This document shows positions 1 through 11,693 of a DNA stretch of 64,000 nucleotides, in pieces. Position 1 is the first letter of the stretch, and each line of letters opens with the position of its first letter. The notes below the pieces were generated by a model. The model saw nothing but the letters and a program-made list of their open reading frames with translations. It ran no database searches and had not been told where the DNA came from. This stretch comes from Azolla caroliniana (Eukaryota; Plantae; Polypodiophyta): assembly GCA_043228905.1 (NCBI GenBank), contig JBHGNT010000003.1, forward strand, positions 10,416,001 through 10,480,000. The letters are read 5' to 3'. The position numbers were made by a program, and so were the translations under genes.

Positions 1-3000
1 CATATCTTCCCCCTCCGAACCGGATGTCGGGCAGTCTCGCTGAGAGAGCCGAAGATTCATAGGGAGTGGGGTTGAAGCAGATTTGGCTGATTGCATGTTG
101 AAGCGTTCCAAGACACGTCCGATATAGTCGGTCTGAGACAAAAAAAGATGTCGTTTATTGCGATGCCGACTAATCTTCATGCCAAGGATGTGTCGTGCCG
201 GACCGAGGTCCTTCATGGCAAACTTCAACCGCAGTTGCCGAACAAGATCGGCAAGTTCGCCCGCGTGGCGTCCAGAAATTAGCATGTCGTCCACGTAAAT
301 GATGAGGAAGATGGGTGATCCATCTCGAGCTGTGTTGGTGAAGAGACAATGGTCCTCATCGCTTTTGGAGAAGCCGATTGATTGGATGAAGTCGTCGAAC
401 TTCTTGTACCATTGTCGCGGTGCCTGTTTGAGGCCGTATAGACTCTTCCTGAGTCGGCAGACTAGATGTTCTTGGCCAGTTGCCACGAAGCCTTTTGGCT
501 GCTCCATATAAATTTCCTCCTCGAGATCACCATGGAGGAAGGCTGTTTTGACATCTAGCTGAATCAGCTCCAAGTTGTCGGCTGCCACGACGCCGAGCAG
601 AAGACGAAGGGTTGTCATTTTCACCACTGGTGAAAAAATCTCGTCGAAGTCGACGCCATATTCTTGTCGGAAGCCCTTCGCAACTAATCTGGCCTTGTAC
701 TTTGGGGTGGTCGAATCAGACGTCTCTTTTAGTCGATAAACCCACTTGCAAGGAAGAGCACGTCGGTTCCTAGGTAATTCGACCAGATCCCAAGTCTTGT
801 TTGCCCGGATGGAGTGCATTTCCGACTCCATCGCCAGATGCCAGGTGGCCGAATCGACAGATGTCGATGCTTCTTCGTAAGACGTCGGTTCGCCGGCGTC
901 GGTGAAGAAAATTCCAGGAGAATACCTCTCCGGAGGTTGCGACAGTCTCTCGGATCGTCGAGGTATGATTGGACTGGTCGCATCGGGTATCGAGGTCGGA
1001 TGGTCCGAAACCGAATCATTCGGTTGTGCCGAGTCAGAGTTGTCCGAGTCGGTAGTATAAGGTTCAGCTACCCGTGAAGCTGACCGTGTGTTGAGAGCGG
1101 GGCCTTCTTGAAGGGTCGGCACATCGGAGAATGTTACCCTTCGGACTTCGATCGGTTTTTCGACTGATGGATTCATAGCCGACTCGTTGAACACAACGTC
1201 CGAACTTCGAACGATTTGTCTGCATTCGGGGTCCCAGAGTCGGTATCCCATTTCGCCGTCTGATCCATATCCAAGGAAAATGCATTTCCTGGACCGAGGT
1301 GCAAGTTTTCGGCGATCATCTTTCGGAATGAGGGCGTACGCCTCGCATCCGAAGATCCTCAGCTTGTCGTAATTCGGCTTACTGCCGATCCATAGTTCCT
1401 GAGGAATTTGAAGTCCTAGAGGTCGACTTGGCGACATATTGATTATGTGTACTGCCGTGAGTAGAGCCTCTGCCCAGAAGCCATCCGACAGTCCGGAGTG
1501 TTGGAGCATGGAAACTATCCTTTCTTGGATTGTCCGATTCATTCGTTCGGCAATCCCGTTTTGCTCCGGACTGTGTGGTGCCGTAAATTCACGTCGGATG
1601 CCGCGTTGTCGGCAGAATTTGACGAATTCATCGGATTTGAACTCTCCCCCATTGTCTGTCCGAAGGCATTTCAGCTTTCGGTCGGTTTGATTTTCTACCA
1701 TAGCGAGCCAATCGGTGAAGATCGAGAAGACACGATCTTTGGTGCGAATTGGATAAGCCCACACCTTTCGAGTCGAATCGTCAATAAAACTGACGAAGTA
1801 AGAGGCACCGCCTAGAGACTGATGCGGCATTGGGCCACAGACGTCCGAATGGACTAAATCGAGAGGTCTCGTTTCTCTTGGTGCTGATGTCGGGTGTGAT
1901 GCGGCTACTTGTTTGCCATACTGGCAATGCTCGCAGAATTGATGGTCCGAGAAGGAGAGTTTGGGGATGTATCCGGCGCTAGATAGGTGCGTGATGCCGG
2001 CCTTGCTGAGGTGTCCTAATCTTCGGTGCCATAATGATGACACAGGAATATCCACCAAAAACAGGTTACCCTCTCTGAGCGTAACATGTAACGGATACAG
2101 TGAGTGTATCTTGGGTCCTCTAGCAAGCAGGAGGTTCCCCCTGTGGAGTGTCCACCCTCCCGAAGAAAAACCGGCACGAATGCCGTCTTCATCTAGTTGT
2201 CCGACTGAGATCAATGGCCTTGAGAGCTCGGGTACATGTCGGACATTGTGGAGTACAAGTGTAGAGCCACCTGCAAGGTTGAGCTCTACTGTGCCGATTC
2301 CGATGATGTCACAGTGTTGCGAGTTGCCGACCCGAACTGAGTCGGAGTGACGGATCGTATATTGCCGAAATTGGGATCGATGAGGAGTCACGTGAAATGA
2401 CGCGCCCGAATCTAAGAGCCATGTGCTCGATTCTTCAGTCGTGAGCAGAACTTCTGATCCAACTGGATTTTCTATTGATAGTATATTCGGGTCGTCCGGT
2501 AGTACATCAGCTGAGAAGCTGACGTAATTGATCTCCTCATGCCGGCCACTCTTCTTGTTGTTCTTGTTCTTGAGTGCGCGGCAGTCGGCTTTGATGTGTC
2601 CGGGTTTCTTGCAATAGTTGCAGATTCGGTTATCCCGTGACTGGCTCCGTCTTCGCTGATTGTTCGGCGGCCGTGAGGAATCTCGTCCTCGTATGTTCGA
2701 TCGGTCTGTCGAACCTTGTACTACGTAGGCGTCGTCTGTTGAGTCTTTGGCGAAAGACTTTCTCCGAGCTGCTTCGGTCAGGATTGCGCTCGTGACTTCG
2801 GAGTATTTAACAGCCGTGGTTGACGCGTTGCACACGGTTGTGACGAAAGTTTCCCATGATGGGGGAAGGCTGCTCATGAGTATCATTGCTCTGAGTTCAT
2901 CCTCGATTGCCATCCCCTGTGACGAGATTTGGGAGCTTATGCTTTCGTACTCATTGAGGTGTGCTTGGACCGAGTCGGATTCTTTCATCCGCAAGTTGTA

Positions 3001-3327
3001 GAGGCGCCGGATCAGAAACATCTTCGTTGCGGCGACCTTCTTTTCGTAAGTGTCCGACAGTGTTTTCCACAGTTCGAATGCTGTCGTACACGATTGCACC
3101 GTAAAGTATACCGATTCCGATAGGTGCATCCGGATCGTGGCGCGGACAATTCTGTCCAGCTTCTGCCACTCAATTGGTTTGTATCCTTCTGGAGGTTCTT
3201 CATTTTCGATGGGGTCGATTTGCCCCTTGACTATGAGATAGTCCTGCATTTGTTCCTTCCAGAAGTTGAAGTTCGATCCATCGAACTTTCGTAGACTCAT
3301 TTCTGACGAGCCAGATGTTGATGCCAT
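1..3327 (-). CDS. Copia gag-pol polyprotein, partial (runs off window start)
   Basis: ATG at 3327 (MASTSGSSEM); same length (3327 nt) as 42833-46159 of the sister copy; no stop-terminated fragment of this frame appears in the ORF track; RT motif DVKTAFLHG near 530-555. Confidence 0.85.
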   Translation of the reverse strand, partial: MASTSGSSEMSLRKFDGSNFNFWKEQMQDYLIVKGQIDPIENEEPPEGYKPIEWQKLDRIVRATIRMHLSESVYFTVQSCTTAFELWKTLSDTYEKKVAATKMFLIRRLYNLRMKESDSVQAHLNEYESISSQISSQGMAIEDELRAMILMSSLPPSWETFVTTVCNASTTAVKYSEVTSAILTEAARRKSFAKDSTDDAYVVQGSTDRSNIRGRDSSRPPNNQRRRSQSRDNRICNYCKKPGHIKADCRALKNKNNKKSGRHEEINYVSFSADVLPDDPNILSIENPVGSEVLLTTEESSTWLLDSGASFHVTPHRSQFRQYTIRHSDSVRVGNSQHCDIIGIGTVELNLAGGSTLVLHNVRHVPELSRPLISVGQLDEDGIRAGFSSGGWTLHRGNLLLARGPKIHSLYPLHVTLREGNLFLVDIPVSSLWHRRLGHLSKAGITHLSSAGYIPKLSFSDHQFCEHCQYGKQVAASHPTSAPRETRPLDLVHSDVCGPMPHQSLGGASYFVSFIDDSTRKVWAYPIRTKDRVFSIFTDWLAMVENQTDRKLKCLRTDNGGEFKSDEFVKFCRQRGIRREFTAPHSPEQNGIAERMNRTIQERIVSMLQHSGLSDGFWAEALLTAVHIINMSPSRPLGLQIPQELWIGSKPNYDKLRIFGCEAYALIPKDDRRKLAPRSRKCIFLGYGSDGEMGYRLWDPECRQIVRSSDVVFNESAMNPSVEKPIEVRRVTFSDVPTLQEGPALNTRSASRVAEPYTTDSDNSDSAQPNDSVSDHPTSIPDATSPIIPRRSERLSQPPERYSPGIFFTDAGEPTSYEEASTSVDSATWHLAMESEMHSIRANKTWDLVELPRNRRALPCKWVYRLKETSDSTTPKYKARLVAKGFRQEYGVDFDEIFSPVVKMTTLRLLLGVVAADNLELIQLDVKTAFLHGDLEEEIYMEQPKGFVATGQEHLVCRLRKSLYGLKQAPRQWYKKFDDFIQSIGFSKSDEDHCLFTNTARDGSPIFLIIYVDDMLISGRHAGELADLVRQLRLKFAMKDLGPARHILGMKISRHRNKRHLFLSQTDYIGRVLERFNMQSAKSASTPLPMNLRLSQRDCPTSGSEGEDM

Positions 3328-4270
3328 CAAATTCGGTTTCGGTTGACGAAGCTCGGTTCGGAGTTGACTGTGAACCTTGTTGGAGTGCAGCCGGTTGGCT
3401 CACCCGATATCGTTCTAGTCGGATTTGAACCCGAGTCGGTTCAGCTTCGGAACTTGCTCGAATTGACTCCGGTAACTTGAGGGACAGAACCGACTGGTCT
3501 TCCCGAGTGTTGCCAAGTCGGAGTGAGCCCGGTTCGCTTCGGATATATGTGCCGAGTACCGATTATTGAAACCGATTATCTGGACCGATTTTGCTTCGGT
3601 TGACTGCAGCGACGAGAGAGATAGATCCAACTGATCCTCTCGAATGTCGATCAGCCTGATGAAGCACGAATTTGGGGTTGTTGTCTTGAGACCGATCTGC
3701 ACCGAGTGGTTACAACGAGCAGCGTTTGGTGACCTCTTCGGATGCCGTTTAACCGAATGGAGCACGATCGTGTCAATGATGCACAAGGGGATTTCACCTC
3801 GAGCGGTTACGATCACAAGGAACAGAGTACAACCTGAGGGCTTACTCCAAGCAAGAGGATCTAACGCGATGAGGTGCAAACCTCGTTTTTGTTCTTCTTC
3901 TCTCTTTCTTCGAATGACGCAGGAAACCGAGTGCAGAGACGACGGCCGACAGCGGATTGAAGGACCGACTACTGTGCAGGCTCTGATACCAGATGTTGGA
4001 AGCAATGTCGTCAGTGCGGAAGATCTTGAAGCACTCGATTCCTGTTTATTCCCTGTGTATGACAGAATGTAGGTCGTTGCACAGAGAGAGAGAGAGAGAC
4101 ACAAAAGACTCTTTATTTCACAAAGCAATCATACAACAACCAACCTCACAAAGAGGTTACAAGGTCACTATATATAGTGACCGACTTAGGGCAACTACCC
4201 TTTATGCTAATTACATAAATGGCCGAAACGGGATGGTGTGAATACGTCCATTATACACATGTATTCGACA
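1..4270 (-). mobile_element. Ty1/copia LTR retrotransposon (family G, copy 1), 3' part outside the window
   Basis: 5' LTR 3994-4270 (TG..CA), PBS TGGTATCAGAGC (tRNA-iMet type) at 3980-3991; reverse complement is collinear with the element at 41854-47334; inserted into the integrase of copia F. Confidence 0.95.
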
Positions 4271-7200
4271 GAGAGAGCATGCTATGTATTCTCTCCATGA
4301 TTGTTCGATTCATCCTATCTGCAAGCCCATTCAACTCAAGGGTCTTTGGTACGGTGTATTTGATTCGAATACCTTGGGCTTTGAAGTATTGCTCAAACTG
4401 CCCTTTATATTCGCCACCATTGTCAGTTTAGTCAGCCTTCAACTTCCGACCCGACTCTCATTCAGCTCTTGCCTGGAACTCCTTGAAAAATGACAATACT
4501 TGATCTTTTGACTTTAGTATGAAAGCCCACAACTTCCGACTATAGTCGTCGATGAAAGTCACAAAGTACTATCCACCTTGATGCGACAGAGCATCTACAT
4601 AACACACATCCATGTGTACTAGTTCGAGTGCAACATCTCTTCTTCTTGGTGGCCGTTGTCATGACGACATACATTTTGGCCTTACAAGGATTCGAGCTCA
4701 AGACGTCTTGGTCTATATATTAGACCTTTAACCATTATACTAGCATATATGATGTATAGTTATAATCAATGTATTATTAGTTATTACAAGACATTTAGAG
4801 TATTCTAGAACATTCTAGAGTATTCTGGAACATTCTAGAGTATTCTAGAACATTCTAGGATATTCCATGATTATATTAAATATCATAAATATCTAAAATA
4901 TTCTAGAACATTCTAGAATACTCCATAAGGACCTATAAATAGGTGTCTTTTCATTCATCACAACTCATTCGGTTCAAACTGTCATGACTTGAGAATAGGA
5001 GAGAGAAAAATAAGATGACAGTAGAAGGTAGAGGGAGAGAGAAAAAACACTATTCGAGCTCAAGACGTCTTGGTCTATATGTTAGACCTTTAACCATTAT
5101 ACTAACATATATGATGTATAGTTATAATAAATGTATTATTAGTTATTACAAGACATTTAGAGTATTCTAGAACATTCTAGGATTTCCAGAATACTCTAGA
5201 ATGTTCAAGAATACTCTAGAATGTTCTAGAATACTCTAAATGTCTTGTAATAACTAATAATACATTTATTATAATTATACACCATATATGTTAGTATAAT
5301 GGTTAAAGGTCTAACATATAGACCAAGACATCTTGAGCTCGAATCCTTGTAAGGCCAAAATGTATGTCGTCATGACAGCCGTGTGTGGAATGTTTCTCTA
5401 TTCTGCTTTTCGACTAAGCAATCGACACACTTCTCCAGGTGCACTCCCTTTACTTCTGATAGAAGCTTCTGGTTGGCCAACTGATGCAATCCCTTCGCAC
5501 TCATGTGGCCTAGCCTCTTATGTCATATCTGTCCTGCCGAGTCGGCTATCACATTCATTTCCGACTTGCACAGTCAGGTTTGCATCATATACAATGTGCC
5601 TTCTTTCTGTGCTTGGGCCACTATAAGATTTCCTCGGCAGAACTTCCATTTCCCGTTTTGGAAGCTGCCACTGTAGCCCTCATCGTCCAGTCTTCCAGTC
5701 GATATCAGATTCAATTTGATGTCAGGGTCATGTCGAAGATCCTTCAGAGTTAGCCAACACCCTGTCGACGTTGTCGGGGAGACCCTTCCGATTCCGGCTA
5801 CCTTGCACCCCCCATTATCACCCATCTTTACATAACCATGATCACCGGCTATGTAAGTCGAGAAATACTCTCGTGATGGAGTTATGTGGAAGGATGCACC
5901 GGAGTCGATCACCCAAATGCATTCTTCGCTCGCAAGGTTTGGACTTGTCTGTTCGCAAATGAACAACAATTCTTCATTGCTCGTAGCAATGGCTGAAGTT
6001 CCCTTTTCATCAGGAATCTTCCTGGGTTCAACACCATTAATGACACCTTTGTCCTTCCTCATGTGTCAACAGTCCCTCTGGAAGTGTCCAGGTTTTCCAC
6101 AATAGAAGCACACGAGCTTACCTCAAGACTTCGACCTGGCTTGAGACTTTTCTCTCCTTGGTGGACTTCTTTGCCGATTCCTCCCTCTACTGATGTGTTG
6201 AGTCCGATTTGATTCTGAGTGAACTAGGACACCCTTGTCCTTCCTTCTTGCTTCGTCATTCAAGATACTTGTCTTCACAACTTGTAAAGGCAGTTTCTCT
6301 TCTTGATAGGAGGTGTTGACAGTAACCACCAAGTTCTCCCAACTATCTGGCAGTATGCACATCAGCAAGATGGCCTGCATGGCATCATCGAGGGGAAACT
6401 TGGTTGCAGCAAGTTGATTTACATACCCCATGAATGTGTTGATGTGTTCGACAATGTTGTCACCGTCTTTGTATTTCAACCGTACGATCTTTCTCATCAA
6501 TGAGGTTTTATTGAGGGCGTTCTTCCTCTCATATAGACTTGATAGCTTCTACCACATCCCATGGGCATTTGTGTCATTCGCCACATGTTGAAGGACACTT
6601 ACATTGACGCACTGTCAGATGGTGGCCACAACCTTTCTGTTAAGAAGTTTCCATTCCGACTCTAATATCCCCATGGGTATTTCTACTCTGTCGATCGGCT
6701 CATACAGGTCTTTGACTAGGAGAAGGTCCTCCATCTTTATCTTCTAGTTTGCATAGTTCTGAGAGTTTAGAACTATCATTCCTGGGAAGCCACTCACACC
6801 TCCTTCCATGCTTGCACCTCAAGCTCTGATACCAGTTTGTTGAGAAACGAATCGACAATCCACAAGAAGGAATGCGCTGAAATACACAGTTCAGAAACAT
6901 AGAAGAAAATGTGCACAGATTTTACGTGAAAACCCTAAAGCGAGAGAAAACCATGGAGAGCGGAGCTTCACTATACAGTGGATATACAATAACGAGATTA
7001 GAGTATAACACTCTCTACACCGAGTGTATCAGCCGCGCAGGGCTCTTGGCGTATGCTGTTACAGAACACAACTATATCGCCGCTCACACAGACTCACATC
7101 ACGTTCTCACACACTTCTCTATCGTTAACTACAACGGAGGATCACACACACTGTTCTCACTTCACACACTCTCGCAACTTGCCCTAAGTGTATTTATACT

Positions 7201-7400
7201 CATACCCTAAATGGGCTATTTACAAATGTAGCCACTACTACTGTCATTCCTATTATTATCTAGTATTAATAATAGTCTCCCTAATCAACCAACTCATCCG
7301 ATCAGTCGGTTGTTCCTTGTCTTCGACTGTCAGCTCTCTCCGAATAGTCGGCTCTCTCCGAACAGTCGGCTCCTCCCATTGGAGGGACATATTCCTAACA
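4271..7400 (-). mobile_element. Degenerate Ty1/copia element (family F): 5' LTR, gag, protease, partial integrase
   Basis: LTR 6838-7400 (TG..CA), iMet PBS 6823-6834, ATG about 6809, gag ORF 6123-6500, protease WVIDSGASFH in ORF 5574-6062, integrase ELNGLADRMNRTI near 4300-4345; several stops. Confidence 0.9.
4657..5377. mobile_element. 721-bp fold-back LTR-derived element (family E) with long terminal inverted repeats and 5-bp TSD
   Basis: TGTCATGACG..CGTCATGACA ends, TSD GCCGT (4652-4656 and 5378-5382), about 170-190 bp terminal inverted repeat, internal hairpin about 5053-5343, TATAAAT at 4934. Confidence 0.85.
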
Positions 7401-7800
7401 GAACGGAATCATGAAGTTTTGCAAAGGAAGCCTAATCATGGCCCGAGCCCGGAAGATCAACGCATTGTACCTGATGCATGCCCGGATATGCCGGGACGAA
7501 GTGAACGTGGCATCCGAAAATGTTGGTGAGCCAGAAAGGGATGAGAAGACTTGCCGAAGATAACCTCTTTCCGAAGGTGAAAGACGTGCATCTTGAGAAG
7601 TGCACTGATTGCTTGGCCGGCAAGCAGAACCAAACCTCTTTCTAGTCGAGACCACCGTCGAGATGGAATGCACCATGAGAACTTGTACATACCAATGTAT
7701 GCCAAGTGGACACGAAGTCACATGCCCGATCTCAGTACTTCGTGACGTTCATAGACGACCATAGCCGGAAGTTGTGGGTCTCACCACTCAAGACAACGAC
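7401..7800 (+). mobile_element. Copia fragment (GAG-pre-integrase / integrase start)
   Basis: Translates to KFCKGSLIMARA..CTDCLAGKQ..ELVHTNVC..YFVTFIDDHSRKLWV with stops and frameshifts. Confidence 0.8.
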
Positions 7801-7974
7801 ATGTGATAAACAGATCACCCTCAAAGCCCTTGGACATGGACACACCACAAAGAGTATAGACCGGTAAAGAAGTGTCTTACCAACATCTAAAGGTGTTCGG
7901 TTGTCTCGCTTACATGCATGTTGCAAAGGACAAGAGAGAAAAGTTGAATCCGAAGTCCCAACCATGCATATTCC

Positions 7975-9358
7975 TTGGATACAACGATCATCCAAGGATA
8001 TTCCTTGGACAAGAGAGCAAATTCAACTGTGTTTAGCTATCTAAGTATGTTGGTCAACCAAGGATTGTTTAGAAAAGTGAAAGTAAATTTTCTTTTGGTT
8101 GGCCACACACATGATTATATAGATCAAATGTTTAGCACATTCTCCAGACAGTTGTCTCGGCATGATGATTTCACATTACCAAAACTATTTGATGTCATTT
8201 GTGATGCATATACACCACACCCAAAAGGGTTACACTTGAAGGAGGTATATGACTTTAAGAGATATATATCAAATGGGGGTGTTGGGAATGTTAAGTGCTT
8301 GCCCAGTTAAACAATATAGCTTCAATCACATTTTTATGATAAAGAAAAACGAAATAAGTGGTTCTACGCTTTTGTATGCCAAACAATATTCATCTTCTAC
8401 AAAATGGGAACCTGAAGGTGGTTGCTAGTTCTTACTTTGTATGCCGAGTACAATAGTCCATGGAGCTAAACAAATTCCAATTGAGAAGAAAAGACAGTTG
8501 CATAGTGACTTGGTATCGGAACAAAAACACCTATGGCTCCAAGCCTTAACAGAAAAAAGAAAGCATATTGAGGGCGCAAAGAAATATGTCGCACAACAAG
8601 ACACATCATGGTGGGATGTATTTTTTGGTGATCAGAAATGAATTATTGACAATTGTGTATCTGGTGATAATTGGACCTTGAAAACGCCATTCACATGGTC
8701 GCTACAACATGATCGTGTAAATAATACTCCAGAGCAACCAACAAATGCGATTAATGATAGTTTGGTCCATCCACAACAAAGAGACATTTATGTGGGACCA
8801 AGGATGACCAAAGCAGTTGAAGCTAGATGGCAAGGCAATTTGCAAGAGCTTGCGGCAGGGATGTTGATTGCAACACCTGTTGATGAGAACTCACATGGCC
8901 ACCAATTTTGGATTGGTAAAATTTTAGATGTTCTAAAGCATGAAATAGAAAACACGATCAAGTCGATCAAAGTGCATTTCTACAACATTAGAAGTGAAAA
9001 TGCTTTTATAGGTAAGTATACATTGGAGATGATTGAATGCCCAACGACAAGGGGAGGTAGGAAGAGGAAGCGAAACATTTGTAACACCTCAACCCTTGAT
9101 ATCTCTAATGTGGATATGATCATGTACGACTTCACGCTTACAAAAGCTAGATGTTTAAGGAAGTCAACAATAGATATAATAAAAGAAAAATTACTAGGTC
9201 TACAAGGTGGCTCGAGTCAAAGGCAAACGAGATCAGTTGCATATAATCTAGAGTCACACCATTTGGTTTATGATGAAGATAATGCATTGATTGGTACATC
9301 CAAGGATGACGAGGAAGAATCCTCATTATCTATTAGTTATAGTAATGATTCTCCGTAA
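7975..9358 (+). pseudogene. Degenerate DNA-transposon transposase fragment (DUF7869 / Sola-like) with downstream ORF remnants
   Basis: Motif KVKVNFLLVGHTHDYIDQMFS in ORF 7975-8310; further fragments 8441-8641 and 8678-9358; interrupts a copia pol. Confidence 0.55.
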
Positions 9359-9719
9359 AGGAGTGATCATGAATGTATTTTTGGCTATTAAGTGTAACTA
9401 CTTTCCACTTGTAACAAATCGAGTAATATAAAAGCATGTGTTTTGAATTCATTTGATTCCTATGAATATCGCTTCTTATAAAAAACATTGGTTGTAAAGT
9501 TTGTGAAATAAATTAAACCCTAAACGTTTTGAAATTCCTCTTCTTTCTTTCTTTTTTAAATCACGAAAATGGTGGATTTTCAACCTTTTTCATAGTATAT
9601 TTGAGAATGTATGATACGGGTATCAATGTGTTTTGTAATATCACTGAAAAACTACTAAAATCAAACGGGATATTCCTTATCCTTCCATTTTTCGTGATCC
9701 TTCTACTTGTGAACGTGAA

Positions 9720-10555
9720 CATGTTCATGATGAGTTCAGCTATCGAGTGTGGGACTTGGTCAATAAGAAGGTCTTCCCGAGTCGAGACATTGTCTTCATG
9801 GATAACAAGAACATTGCCAACTGGGAGTCGGAGAAAAAGATAATGGACTCTGGGTCGATCGACCGAAATCAGTCAGAAGATACAAGGACTCATCCGGTCG
9901 GAAGTCGGATGATACTCAAAGAACCGGCCGGATTCAGACAAGAAACCAAATCGACCAAAGAAGAGGAAGAATTGGACACCGGAACTGAACAAGACCCCGA
10001 ATCAGATTCAGATGAAGAATAAACAGAGGAACTGGTGGCCGAAGACCAAGGAAGAAGATATCCTCTCAGGGAGAGAAGAGCCCCCCGAAGATTTTATGAT
10101 GCAGAGCACGTTTTAGTAACTGACGAGGGGAGCCGGAAAGCTTCGAAGAAGAGATCTACATGCAACAACCAGAAGGATTCGTCAAGAAAGGGAAGGAGCA
10201 CCTGGTGTGCCGGTTGAAGAAGAGCTTATATAGACTGAAGCAAGCTCCCTGCCAATGGTACCGGAAGTTCGAATCCTTCATGAATGATCAAGGATACCAC
10301 AAGACGCAGGCCGACCACTGCGTATTTGTGAAGAAGTTCAACGGAGGTGACTTCTTGATACTACTGGTGTATGTGGAGATGATGAAGATACCATATGCCT
10401 CTGCCATCGGAAGCTTGATGTATGTAATGGTGTGTACCTGGGTGAATATCAGATATGTTGTCGGAGTGGTTAGCCGGTTCATGAGCAATTCGGGAAGAGA
10501 ACACTGGACCGTGATCAAGTGGATACTCTGGTACTTGAAAGGCACATGGAGTACT
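9720..10555 (+). mobile_element. Copia pol fragments (post-integrase linker and deleted RT)
   Basis: YRVWDLVNKKVFPSRDIVF, QQPEGFVKKGKEHLVCRLKKSLYRLKQAP, IPYASAIGSLMY; internal deletions. Confidence 0.85.
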
Positions 10556-10852
10556 CTGTCTTCCTTTTGCTTATCCTTCTACCCCTCTCAAACATTGTTC
10601 ACCTGATGCATTATGCTTTATGGACTTACGATGCTTTGTTTGACTAATGTGATGATGATGAGGAGGAGGAGGGGCAAACATAATCTACCAATCCTTAGTT
10701 GTATAAGTGTCAGGATGTGCGACCATAGAGCTCCAGAAAGGTGTCAAAGGGGAGGGAATTTGGAAGTCGAAGAAGACCACTCTAGATCACAGTGTGAAGG
10801 TGATGAAGAGCACGAGTGTTTATGGAGATAAGGAGGGAGGGACGAAGGCAAG

Positions 10853-11342
10853 AAGAGGTCAGGATTCCAAACAGTCTGCTCTTTCTAGTCGAGCGGGCAA
10901 CAGTTGGAGGAGGTTTGTATGGACAATCTGGGCCAGATAAATGGATGGAGTCTGGGGTCTTATTCCAAGGTCACCCACCCACCCAATCATTCATTCATTC
11001 ATTTCATTCACTGATTTGAAGGTCAGGATTCCGAGTAGTCTGCTCTCTAGTCAAGTAGGCAACAGAGGAGGAGGTCAATCTGGGGCCAGATAAATGGATG
11101 GGAGTGTAGGGTCTTATTCCAAGGCCACCCACCCATTCATCATTCATTCATTCATTCATTCACTAAATTGAAGGTCAGGATTCCGAGGTGTCTGCGCTCT
11201 GGTGGGGGGGGGCGGGCAACAAAGGAGGAGGTCAATCTGGGGCCAAATAAATGGATGGGAGTCTGGGGGGGTCTTTGAGTCTGGGGGTCTTTTATTCCAA
11301 GGGCCCCACCCACCCATTCATTCATTCACTGATTTGAAGGAA
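10853..11342. repeat. Three imperfect tandem copies of a ~155-170 bp unit upstream of the ferroportin gene
   Basis: Recurrent GAAGGTCAGGATTCC..GGCAACA..TCTGGGGCCAGATAAATGGATGG..CCACCCACCC..(CATT)n. Confidence 0.85.
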
Positions 11343-11693
11343 GATTTTGGATGGAGGGAGGGAGGACACACATCCCAAGCAGCCATATCCACCCATTCTT
11401 CTCTTTCCTTCCCCCTGTTTTATACCTACAGGTACCAAAGCCTCTGTTTGTCTGTGGCAGAAAAGCAAGAGGCAGAAGAAGGAGCCATGGAATCGCAATA
11501 ACAAGAAGAATCTGTGAGACCGACCAACAGATAGAAGAAGAGCAGCAGCAGGAGAAGAAGAGATTACCGAATTCCTCCCTTATATTCTTCTGGAGAGACA
11601 GTAGAACTTCTCGTTTTGATTCCGTAGATCCATTCCATTCCCCCTTGGCCGCATGATTTCTGATACTTTTCTTCAGTTGAAGGCCATATCGCC

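Noticed and set aside
91-3241. Many short ORFs overlapping the copia elements (also 42919-46593)
   Set aside because: Antisense or alternate-frame shadows of the gag-pol ORF, shared only because the two copies are similar
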